Shown: positions 28,697-38,129, counted from the first letter of the stretch. The stretch is DNA of 64,000 nucleotides from Alphaproteobacteria bacterium (GCA_964291395.2 OZ219856.1:1536001-1600000), one strand, 5' to 3'. The notes: generated by a model from the sequence alone, not told the origin. Translations and numbers: made by a program.

Positions 28697-29761
28697 GTTC
28701 CGACCTCCCGTTCCAGTCCGCGCCTGCATCAGCCTCCCGTTCCAGCCTCTGGATGATGGCCTCCCGGATCCGGGTGCCGCGGTTCGCCGTGCGCTTCGGC
28801 GTCTCGGAGCGCACCGTCGAGCAGCGGCTTCCCCAAGGCAGGTTCACATGGGCTGACCTCGCCAGAGCTGGACGGATGGTTGCAATGGGGGTGAAAAAAT
28901 ATTTCGACTTCGCGATCCAGAGACCCGAGCTAATTCGGTCGCAGCCACTTAAATGACTGAACGCCTGACAAGAGCCCCGTAGCGCCCTGAACTCCCTTAC
29001 AAACATCCCATCTACCTCGACGATTCTCCTACGCGCGCGTCTCGAAGGCCCGAAGGCCGCCCCGGTGTTGCGGGCGCGTCAGGCGTTGTCGGCCTCTTTG
29101 AGCAGCGCCACGATCCCATCGGCCAACTCCCGGATCGGCGCGTTCAGCCCGTCTCCGTAGTCGTTCAAGACCACGTCGCCCACGATGGATCAAGAGCTTC
29201 GCCAAACCGCGCGGCACGCTCACCAAGCCAGGAATGGACAATTATAGCGGTAGCCACGCCGAATGGTACGAGGCCTTTCCCAGGTTGCGGCGTGGATCTC
29301 AGTCGCCAAGTGATGGAGACGCTTAACAAATACGATCCGGAAGGCACTTCGAAGGCGATGAAAGGCCTAAAACTGCAAACGCCTGAACAAGCTAGAGCTG
29401 GCTACGTCGTCATGGCAGCGTTCATGCTACGACTTCACGATGTGAATTCGAACTCGCATGCTGGTCGGTTCTGAAACAGCTGCAAGTGCATCACTGAGAC
29501 CGGGCACGGATCTGTGTGCGATCGTTGCGGACTTCCTTCGACACGAGCACAAAACTGCGTCACGCTGGACCGGAAGGACCGGCGAATTTAGGGCCGCCAC
29601 TTGAGCATGATTATATTATGTGACGGTGGGCAATGCCGGTCGGCGCGCTATACGGTCTGGTGATTTGACTTTCGGCGCGCCCAACCCTGACGGCAGGCCG
29701 GCAATAAGCAACGCTCCGGGAAACGGCGTTGCGGACGCAGGCGCCAAAGCGGCTTCGGGGT

Positions 29762-29824
29762 TGTCCTTTCATTTTGATTGATGATGACCCTAAATCTGTC
29801 CGGACCAAATAAATGGAAGGGACA
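29762..29824. repeat. 63-bp palindromic element, copy A (degenerate)
   Basis: TGTCC...GGGACA; 48/63 ungapped identity to 32765..32827. Confidence 0.75.
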
Positions 29825-29996
29825 AGATAGGTTCAATACGAGAGTTCCGGAAGTTACCATGCAGTATCAGCCATTGCCGAGGGTTTCCGAGTGATGCCGT
29901 ACGCTACTTGTAACTTCCATGCAACTTTGGTCGACGCACCCGTCTGCATGGGAGGGATTGGTGAACCACTCGCCGGGGTTGGACGAAACTGTCGGA

Positions 29997-30150
29997 AACA
30001 TGGCCGTCATCCGACACTTCGCCTTCAACCTCCTGCGCATCGTCGACGACAAGCGCTCCATCAAGCTGCGCCGAAAGCGTGCCGCCAGAAACAACCAATA
30101 CCTCGCCGAAATCCTCCAACAGTTACGCCGTTAACCCGGATTCACGGCCG
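29997..30150 (+). mobile_element. ISAs1-family transposase C-terminal remnant
   Basis: NMAVIRHFAFNLLR...SIKLRRKRAA.N..YL..IL motif. Confidence 0.8.
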
Positions 30151-30754
30151 TGACAAAGTCCGAGGTTTTTATAATCGCATGGGCAAAAGTCGGCCCATTG
30201 ACGCGATGAGCAGCGTCCATTTCATCCCAGCTAACGCCTGCCGTTGCATCGGTAATCAATGTTACGTTATAGCCAAGCTCCATACCGTAGCGAGCGGTTG
30301 ATTCGATGCAGGTGTTCACGCGCAAACCAACAACGACAATTTTCGATACCCCATGCTTTTTAAGCAGCATATCAAGATCCGTATTCGCAAAACCACTTTG
30401 CGCCCAATGCTCCTGCACAATAACGTCGCCGTCTTGCGGCTGAAATTCTGGGTGAAACTCACCACCCCATTCGCCATCAGCAAATAGTTTCAAATCTCGG
30501 CTGCGTTCTTGTGTTGGGGCGTAATTAACCCAGCCGTCATAACGTCCGGCGCGATATCGGCGATGCGGCACGAAAAATACTGTGATCCCGGCATTGCGAC
30601 ACAGGTCAACAATCACTTTCAGGTTCTCGAACAACTTGACCTCAGTAGCGACTTTCTCGATATGCGGATATAATATCCCGCCTTCCGCCAAAAAATCATT
30701 GTAAGGATCAACGAGCAGTAATGCTGTGTCCAATGGAGTGTGGCTGTTTGTCAT
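30131..30754 (-). CDS. Isochorismatase-family cysteine hydrolase (low GC)
   Basis: LLLVDPYNDF, SGFANTDLD and NTCIESTAR motifs. Confidence 0.92.
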   Translation of the reverse strand: MTNSHTPLDTALLLVDPYNDFLAEGGILYPHIEKVATEVKLFENLKVIVDLCRNAGITVFFVPHRRYRAGRYDGWVNYAPTQERSRDLKLFADGEWGGEFHPEFQPQDGDVIVQEHWAQSGFANTDLDMLLKKHGVSKIVVVGLRVNTCIESTARYGMELGYNVTLITDATAGVSWDEMDAAHRVNGPTFAHAIIKTSDFVTAVNPG

Positions 30755-31068
30755 ACCGTATCATCCTTCTCCTAGCCGACACCCAAGTGGCGTGCGGCTT
30801 GACGGTGAGATTTCCAGAACGAGCGATTTGATCAAGCGTCTTCTGCCTCGAGGCTCGTCTCTGGTCGGGGAAGTGCCCGGAACCGGGCAGATCGGGACAG
30901 AATTAAGCCGACATTCACCAGATGAACGTCGTTTCCGGCGATGAGGGTAGCCGTTCCGGCCATCGACGGCAATTTTCATGTTGATGGGCTGTAACCGTAA
31001 GGCTCCCGATCGGCGCGGAAGAACTGCAGGGACGGGCACACGCCTTTGGCTGACCCCCGCGGCGGCCT

Positions 31069-31270
31069 GGCTTCCTGGGCGATCCACCAACCGGCCAGAT
31101 CGGGTTGATCGCGCAATATGGCGGTGATCTTGCCGCGGCCTTTGAGATAGCAGAGACCGCAGTTGCCTTCGTAAGACCGCAGTGCCAGGTCAAAGGGCTG
31201 ACGCTGCCACCAGGCGAGCACATCGCGCTCTGAGCACGCCCTCTTTTGTTGCATGACGAGACAGAACCCG
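31069..31270 (-). pseudogene. Fragment of phage-type PAPS-reductase-like protein
   Basis: DVLAWWQRQPFDL..EGNCGLCYLK...WWIAQE. Confidence 0.6.
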
Positions 31271-31587
31271 ACTCCATTTTGACGCCAGAATATTTTTGGT
31301 CTCGCGCCTCAGATTGATCAGTCCAAATGCGCGGTTGTATACCCCCACCTGATTTAGCGATACTTGAGCATTACCCTACGAACGTGGAGGCTGAAATGAA
31401 GATTTCCAGTGTCGTCTTGGGTGCTGCTCTTGGAGCCCTCTTTGCAATTCCGATTGCGTCTGCACCATCGAGTGGGAGTAGCGACTGGTTGCACTTCTTC
31501 AGGTCGTGATCGTCTTTCCCACAATCATCTTCTGGAACTCGGTACGCCAGGGCGCCGCAAGTCAAAACCATCGGAGGAATTGGAAGC

Positions 31588-32466
31588 ATGATTCAGGACA
31601 CAGTTGGATTCATCGGTCTCGGGAATCTTGGCAAAGCCATTGCGGATAATATCGCCAAGGGTGGATTCGAAATGTGCGTCTACGACGTTGTCGGAGCCGA
31701 CGAACGGGCGCCACAGGGGGCAGTCGTTGGGGCCTCCGTGAGCGAAGTCGCGGAGCGGAGCGGTTTGATATTCATATGCCTTCCGACCGTCGAGTCCATC
31801 GAAACCGTGGTGGATGAGATTTGTTCGGCCAATATCGCAGACGGTACCGTGGTCGTGAACAACTCGACCGCGGGCCCGACGTGCGCGATCGCGGCCCATG
31901 GCCGACTCGGCAAAAAGGGCATCGCGTACGCGGACGCGACCATTTCGGCAACACCGCCCCGTGCACGGGCCGCGGAGGCAATCGTGATGTTCTCCGGCGA
32001 GCCTGACGTGCGGAAGCGCCTGACTCCCGTGTTCGAGTCGTTCAGCAAGCAGGTTTTCGATCTTGGCACCGTGGTCGGCAACGGTCAGCGCATGAAGCTC
32101 ATCAACAACTGCCTGGTTCATACGGCGTTGGTGGTTTCAAGTGAGGCTATGGTATGGGGCGAAAAGGGCGGGCTCGAGTTGAAGACGATGCTGAAAGTCT
32201 TGACCGAGACATCCGGTCGTAACGTCGTCACCGATCACTTCTTTCCGGACGATGTCCTGACGGAGAAATACGCATCGGGTGGGTCAATAGACATCATTCG
32301 GAAGGACATCGAACTATTCGTGGGCGAAGCCAAGGCCGCCGGTTGCCTGCACGCCGTTGCTGAAACCGCATACAACGTGATCAAGGATTGTCAGGAGCAG
32401 GTACCGGGGTTGGATCAAACTATGATGTACCCCTACACGAAAAGCGGTGGCAAAGTGTCGGCCTGA
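31588..32466 (+). CDS. NAD(P)-dependent beta-hydroxyacid dehydrogenase family protein
   Basis: GFIGLGNLG and MKLINN motifs. Confidence 0.9.
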   Translation: MIQDTVGFIGLGNLGKAIADNIAKGGFEMCVYDVVGADERAPQGAVVGASVSEVAERSGLIFICLPTVESIETVVDEICSANIADGTVVVNNSTAGPTCAIAAHGRLGKKGIAYADATISATPPRARAAEAIVMFSGEPDVRKRLTPVFESFSKQVFDLGTVVGNGQRMKLINNCLVHTALVVSSEAMVWGEKGGLELKTMLKVLTETSGRNVVTDHFFPDDVLTEKYASGGSIDIIRKDIELFVGEAKAAGCLHAVAETAYNVIKDCQEQVPGLDQTMMYPYTKSGGKVSA

Positions 32467-32764
32467 CGCGGGAAATACTCGAATGCTAAGCTCGTCTTGA
32501 GAGAACCGACACCTGACTCGTGCTGCTCTGAAGAAGCAGATTCAAATTTCACGCCATGTAGAGGTGTGACAATTCCGACAACTGCTGATCGCCATCCTTC
32601 TACAATCAGCGATAATGTGTGTTTTCCGATATGCCTTGGCGACGTCTAAGTTCCTCGCCCGACATCCCCTCTCATGAACAGGACCGAGCCGTTGTAAATT
32701 GTCGTTGAGAAACTTGTGCCTCACCGGGAAGCTCCTGGATTCGCAATATGCGCCATTGGACACC

Positions 32765-32827
32765 TGTCCCTTCTATTTAATCGGTCATGATCCTAAATCA
32801 GTCCAGATCGATTAAATAAAAGGGACA
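32765..32827. repeat. 63-bp palindromic element, copy B (22-bp stem, 19-nt loop)
   Basis: TGTCCCTTCTATTTAATCGGTC ... GATCGATTAAATAAAAGGGACA. Confidence 0.85.
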
Positions 32828-33311
32828 GGGACAGGTTTTCTTGTCACCCACCCGGAGATTACGCCATCCCCAAATTTCCACCACGTACGAGGCAGAGCAA
32901 ACCGAGGTATCTGAAGCTAAAGGAGTTGTCTCGAAGAATTTGCTCTGACAAAGCCCCGGCTATCAATGGATGACTTCGCCGGTCCAGCGGTCGCGGTTCG
33001 CCCAGAACGGGCATTCCGGGCAGACCGTTCCATCGTAGTCAGTGAACCACACCGTGAACGCACCGACCCTATGCGCGACATGTCTACCGAGGCGCGCCCT
33101 CCAGCGTCGCGGCACGTAGTCGGAGTTCTCGGTGGCTCATCGTGCGCGTGACATCGTACCCCTTGGTGCTGCTCGGAAAGACCAGAGGCAAGGTCGCTAC
33201 ACATTCCGTCGCCGCTTGACCAGTTGCTGCCAGGCGTGTCGACGGCGTTCAATCGTAGATCAAACTTTACGTCTCCGGCACCGGTTGAAGTATTTTCAAT
33301 TGGTGGTCTTT

Positions 33312-33433
33312 TGGAGGGAAGCGTGGAGGGAGAACTCTGTCAGCACGGCGCTGCTGCACAATAAATTGTAGCAAAAACAGTCTGTTATCTAGATATTGGG
33401 AGCTCGACGCTGGTCCATCCCCGTTCGGTCCGC
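33312..33433. promoter_or_regulatory. Right att region: arm-type repeats, IHF-like site, core half-site
   Basis: TGGAGGGA twice at 12-bp period (33312, 33324); AAACAGtctgTTA 33375-33387; ATCCCCG before CCGC. Confidence 0.6.
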
Positions 33434-33795
33434 GATCCGCGCCGCAACCTCCAGGTCGCCTCCGTTCCGCAGGTACTCCGTGATCCCCGTCCCCCGGAAG
33501 CTGTGCGCGCATATCTCCGCGGGCAGACCCGCACGCTGCGCACGGCGCTTGATGGTCGCGAACGCTCCATGCCGCGTGAGGCCCTCCTCGAGCAGCGCAT
33601 CGCGCGGACCGGGACCCGTGCGCCGGAACAAAGGCCCGCGGCGGTCGTGAGCGATACCTGACGCCTCGAGGTAGGCATCGACATACTCCTACATCGTATG
33701 GTGGGCGGGAACCACGTTGTATCGGCTCCCCTTCTCGTGAAGACGGAAGAACGAGCGCGGTCCCTGCGTGTAGTAGTCGCCGACCCGAAGCGAGG
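33430..33795 (-). pseudogene. Upstream piece of the split tyrosine recombinase (5' truncated, in-frame TAG at 33689-33691)
   Basis: LRVGDYY...RLHEKG...PAHH...CAHSFRGTGITEYLRNGGDLEVAARIA. Confidence 0.88.
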
Positions 33796-33879
33796 CCGCT
33801 TCGGGTCGGGCAACCATCAATCCGACAGACCATTCGGAAACCAAGCGAGTCCGGCTCAGTCCTCGATCAACACGGTCAC

Positions 33880-34647
33880 TAGAGCACATTTCGTTCAGAC
33901 GCGGTCATATCCTGCAGCAGCGAAGTAGTTTTGGCACTCGGCCGGGCTGAAGTTGTCTGTGGCTTGGCCGATGGCCTCCCAGAGCTCGTTGAGGGTGCGG
34001 GCGGCGCGTTGCTTGAGGGAGGCCTTGAGCTTGGAGAAGGCCATCTCGATCGGGTTGAAGTCGGGGCTGTATGGCGGCAGGAAGCGCAGTTCGGCTCCGG
34101 CGCCTTGGATGGCGTCGCGCACGGCGGCGCTGCGGTGGCAGGCAAGGTTGTCCATCACCACGATGTCGCCGGGCTTGAGCGAGGGCACCAGCACCTGTTC
34201 GACGTAGGCGAGGAAGGCGGCGCCGTGCATGGCGCCGTCGAGCACCATGGGCGCGGTCATGCCGCTCAACCTCAAGGCACCGACGAAGGTCGTGGTCCTC
34301 CAATGTCCATTAGGCACCGGCGCCCTGCACCCCTGTCCGCGCATGGCCCGGCCGCATCGTCGCGCCATCTTGGTGGACGCGCCGGTCTCATCGACGAAGA
34401 CGAGCGTGTCGGGCTCGAGATCGGGCTGTGTCTCGATCCAGGCCCGCCTGCGCCTGAGCACGTCAGCGCGTTGCTGCTCGCTGGCGGGTCATGCTGCCAT
34501 CGACAACCGCCCTCACTACCCGGCGACGCAGATCATTCGAAAGAGGTCGTATCATGCAGGCTGGCCTCCTTCACCAGCCCGCATCTTGAATCACATTTCC
34601 AAGAGATTGAAAATTCTAATGATTCTCTAAGGGCGAAAAATGCTCTA
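33880..34647 (-). mobile_element. Internally deleted IS630-family element with both ends
   Basis: Ends TAGAGCACATTTCG and CGAAAAATGCTCTA; N-terminus MIRPLSNDLRRRVV (ATG 34555) joined out of frame to the DDE domain (FVDETG, MDNL, PIE). Confidence 0.88.
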
Positions 34648-35030
34648 GATTACGGCAATATCCCGCGTCTCAAGTCTTGGAGTACCGTCGGCAGCCAGTC
34701 GTCCTCGGCGCGGGCGATCTTTCGCTTTCGACGCTTTCAAGGTAAGCGTTGGGTGACCCCGTCTTGACGTGCCCATGCGACTTGCACGATCCGCGTACCC
34801 ATCAGACGTTTCTGGAGGGGTTGTCGACTGCGGACTCCTGAACGCAGGAATATCTGCATCGCCGTGAGCATTACGGTCGACATACGGTAGTCCTACAAAC
34901 CCATCGATTGCAGGCAATCTACTGATTTCAGATCGTAGTGCGCTACCTCCCGGACGCGACGCGGACACATGCAATCACGCCTAATTGACCCAACACATTG
35001 GCTTGTATTGTGGCTCTGCCCCAACATGTC

Positions 35031-35161
35031 TGTTCTATAAACGGATCATTAATCTATCTTATGATCGGTTTATGGAGCACAAACTTTCCAATCCACTTGA
35101 AATCCACTAGAATGATCTATAAATAAGTCATGACCCTTATTCATGATCTATTTATGGATCA
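35031..35161. promoter_or_regulatory. Four 18-bp imperfect palindromes (putative HipB-like operators)
   Basis: Sites at 35031, 35062, 35113 and 35144; consensus TGATCYATAAAYGGATCA. Confidence 0.75.
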
Positions 35162-35170
35162 AACAAAGCA

Positions 35171-35509
35171 ATGGCGAAGCCCGCAAACAGAAGCTATTCC
35201 CGCTATGCCCGTGAAGCCGCAGAGCTTCTCGGGCTGATGATCCATAACGCGCGCATCGAACGCGACATCACGGTCGCCGATGTCGCCGAACGAGCCGGGA
35301 TTTCGCGCGGCCTTGTGCACCGCATCGAAAAAGGCGAAATGGGCTCCTCCATCGGTGCGGCCTTCGAGGTGGCCGCCATTATCGGGCTGCGCTTGTTCGA
35401 AGCCGAACCGACAACGCTGACGCGCCATCTGTCGATGGAACGAGACAAGCTCACCCTGCTACCGAAATCCGTCCGCACGGGAACGACGAAGGTGAAAGAT
35501 GACTTCTGA
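35171..35509 (+). CDS. XRE-family antitoxin (HipB-like)
   Basis: HTH VAERAGISRGLVHRIEKG; overlaps the hipA-like start. Confidence 0.88.
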   Translation: MAKPANRSYSRYAREAAELLGLMIHNARIERDITVADVAERAGISRGLVHRIEKGEMGSSIGAAFEVAAIIGLRLFEAEPTTLTRHLSMERDKLTLLPKSVRTGTTKVKDDF

Positions 35510-36779
35510 TCGCCCCGACACGAAAGCGCCGGAAGAAGCCTATGTCTGGGTATGGCTGCCCGGCGCGACTGCACCGGTCGTCGCCGGTCGCATCGCGCAT
35601 GACGGCGAGCGGCTGATCTTCAACTACGGTCAGAGCTATCTGGATCGGAATGACCGCATTCCGATCTACGAGCCGGAACTGCCGCTGCGCAGCGGAGCGA
35701 TTGCGCCCGAAGTCGGGCTGAGCATGGCCGGATGTCTGCGCGACGCCGCGCCCGATGCGTGGGGCCGTCGCGTCATTCTGAACCGGACCTTCGGACGCAA
35801 GGGCAATGATGTCGACACCGCTACACTCGACGAGCTGACCTATCTACTGGAGTCCGGCTCCGACCGCATCGGCGCTCTGGACTTCCAGCGCTCCCCTTCC
35901 GAGTACGTGCCGCGCGTCGTTCAAGCCGCGACGCTCGAAGAGCTGCTGAGCGCCGCCGAGAAAGTCGAGAATGGCGTGCCGTTGACGCTCGAGCTCGATC
36001 AGGCACTGTTCCACGGTACGTCGCTCGGCGGCGCGCGCCCGAAGGCGACGATCCAGGACGGCGACACAAAGATGATCGCCAAGTTCTCGTCTTCGACCGA
36101 CACCTACAACGTGGTGAAGGCGGAATATGTCGCCATGCGCCTTGCTGCCAAGGCGGGGCTTGACGTCGCCCCCGTGCGTCTTGAGCACGTCGCCGGCAAG
36201 GACGTGCTTCTGGTCGAGCGTTTCGACCGCGCAAAGACGAAAGACGACTGGACGCGCAAGGCGATGGTCTCGGCGCTGACGCTGTTCGGTCTCGATGAAA
36301 TGATGGCGCGTTACGCCAGCTATGAAGTCCTCGCGGAAATCATTCGGCACCGCTTCACCTCGCCGAAGGCGACGTTGCACGAGCTGTACGGACGGCTCGT
36401 GTTCAATATCCTGTGCGGCAACACCGACGATCACGCCCGCAACCATGCGAGCTTCTGGGACGGCGAACACCTGACCCTGACGCCTGCCTATGACATCTGT
36501 CCGCAAAGCCGTTCCGGCAATGTGGCCAGCCAGGCGATGCTGATCGTCGGAGACAATCGGACGAGCACACTTGCGATCTGCCTCGAGGCCGCGCCCAGTT
36601 TCCAGCTCAGCGAGAAAGCCGCGAAGGACATCGTCGCCCGGCAGATCGGTACTGTCCGGGACGAATGGGACGACATCTGCCAGGAAGCCGTATTGACCGA
36701 AGTCGAGCGTAACCTGTTCGGCGAACGCATCTTTCTGAATGACTTCATCTTCGAAGGCACGCCGGACGGCCTGCGGTGA
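35499..36779 (+). CDS. hipA: HipA-family kinase toxin
   Basis: SLGGARPKA, NTDDHARNH and LTPAYD motifs. Confidence 0.92.
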   Translation: MTSDRPDTKAPEEAYVWVWLPGATAPVVAGRIAHDGERLIFNYGQSYLDRNDRIPIYEPELPLRSGAIAPEVGLSMAGCLRDAAPDAWGRRVILNRTFGRKGNDVDTATLDELTYLLESGSDRIGALDFQRSPSEYVPRVVQAATLEELLSAAEKVENGVPLTLELDQALFHGTSLGGARPKATIQDGDTKMIAKFSSSTDTYNVVKAEYVAMRLAAKAGLDVAPVRLEHVAGKDVLLVERFDRAKTKDDWTRKAMVSALTLFGLDEMMARYASYEVLAEIIRHRFTSPKATLHELYGRLVFNILCGNTDDHARNHASFWDGEHLTLTPAYDICPQSRSGNVASQAMLIVGDNRTSTLAICLEAAPSFQLSEKAAKDIVARQIGTVRDEWDDICQEAVLTEVERNLFGERIFLNDFIFEGTPDGLR

Positions 36780-36878
36780 TGGGCAAGCGCCACCCGCCGA
36801 CGGAAGAGTGATCGAAGTTCTCGAACAGCTTCGATCGGCGCGCCTTCGATCGGAGTCGAAGGACGGCCAGCGGCGCCA

Positions 36879-38129
36879 TCATCCTTCGACGGTCACGTCC
36901 ACCGGGACGATGCCGTCGAAATGCTTGAGCTGGTGGTTCCACTCCTGGGCCGGCTGGACACGGCCCTTTTCGTCGGTGGCCCGGGCCAGGATCCGGTAGG
37001 AGCCGGGCTCCGAAACCTCCCACGGGGACGACCACCGCCGCCACAACCAGCGATCCCCCGTCTCCTCTACGCGGGCGGCCGTCCAGGTCCGGCCCCCGTC
37101 GACGCTGACCTCGACTCCGGTGACCGCGCCCTCGCCGCTCCAGGCCAGTCCGCGGATGAGATGCGAGCCGGGTTTCAAAGGAGAGTCGTCGTCGCGCGGA
37201 TAGACGATGAGGCTCTTGCAGCCCAAGGCCGTCATCATTTCGCTCGCCGGGTCGTCGGCGGATTTGCCGGAGACGAAGTAATGCACCTGGTGATAGCACT
37301 CGGCCATGTGATCGTGGACCTCGATCTTCTGGAGCCACTTGACCCACCAGTTGCCGGCCCATCCCGGCACCACCAGGCGCAGGGGCGCACCGTGGACGTG
37401 CAACAGGTGATCGCCGTTGTGGGCCCAGGCCAGGAGGGTGTCCGGGTGGAGCGCCTTCTCAAGGGGCAGGGCCTTGTCGAAGTTGATCACGCCGGGATCA
37501 TGGACCTCGACGTCCGCCGTGCCGAGCGCCCGGTAGAGCCGCATGGGATCGGGGCGCCCGCGATCCCAGCCCTCGGCCCGGACGCTCACCGCCGAGCCCT
37601 TCAGGCCGGCCAGTTCGAGGACCGCCGACAACGGCGTGCCGGTCCACTCACCGCCGCTGCACAGGTTGGTCGCCCGGGGCGCCGCCAAGGCCTCGTCGAC
37701 GGTCAAGTCGCCGCCGGCGCGCAGTGCGTTCCAATCCTCGAATTTATCCCGCATGCGGCGAATTCGCGGCTTCTCGTTCAGGCGTTCGCCAAGGTACTCG
37801 AAGAAATCGGCGTCGTTGCCGGCGCACTCGGTGACCGCGCGCACCGTCTTCGACGGCAGTCTCCGGATGTCCGCCAGGGTCAGGGTCAGCGGCCTCTCGA
37901 CCTCACCCAGGAGCTCGAGCTCCCAATCGTCGGGATGCACCGGTTCCGGCATCTGAAGCTGGGCCATGACGAAGAACGCGTCGACCGGGGTGATCAGGCC
38001 CTCCTGCTCCAGGATGGGGGACTGGGCGTAGATCACCCGTCCTTCCGGGTCCGTGCTCGGAAAATTGCGCAGGCGCTTACGCCCGGGCCAGCCGAAAACC
38101 CATTCACCTTCCAGGTCGTCGTCTTCCAT
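36879..38129 (-). CDS. Sulfite oxidase-family molybdopterin oxidoreductase (no signal peptide)
   Basis: TECAGN, HGAPLRLVVPGW.G..WVKWL and VEVSVDGGRTW motifs. Confidence 0.9.
   Translation of the reverse strand: MEDDDLEGEWVFGWPGRKRLRNFPSTDPEGRVIYAQSPILEQEGLITPVDAFFVMAQLQMPEPVHPDDWELELLGEVERPLTLTLADIRRLPSKTVRAVTECAGNDADFFEYLGERLNEKPRIRRMRDKFEDWNALRAGGDLTVDEALAAPRATNLCSGGEWTGTPLSAVLELAGLKGSAVSVRAEGWDRGRPDPMRLYRALGTADVEVHDPGVINFDKALPLEKALHPDTLLAWAHNGDHLLHVHGAPLRLVVPGWAGNWWVKWLQKIEVHDHMAECYHQVHYFVSGKSADDPASEMMTALGCKSLIVYPRDDDSPLKPGSHLIRGLAWSGEGAVTGVEVSVDGGRTWTAARVEETGDRWLWRRWSSPWEVSEPGSYRILARATDEKGRVQPAQEWNHQLKHFDGIVPVDVTVEG

Larger units (their letters stand above)
25078..33433. mobile_element. 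Integrative element (about 8.36 kb) inserted in a tyrosine recombinase gene
   Basis: CCGC at 25074-25077 and 33430-33433; flanks rejoin in frame; integrase at the left edge; arm-like and IHF-like sites at both ends. Confidence 0.8.

Noticed and set aside
26480-28700. Integron-like cassette array hypothesis for the antitoxin run
   Set aside because: No repeated attC (RYYYAAC..GTTRRRY) or other shared spacer was found between the ORFs, and the integrase is P4-like rather than IntI-like
29762-32827. CRISPR repeats or dif sites as the identity of the 63-bp hairpins
   Set aside because: Only two copies, 3 kb apart; no cas genes; no 11-6-11 XerC/XerD layout
32900-33300. Possible degraded gene remnant near the island right end
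   Set aside because: No frame gives a recognisable motif
34650-34980. Possible resolvase fragment (DDWLPTVL) between IS630 and the hipB-like gene
   Set aside because: Too short to assign without a database search
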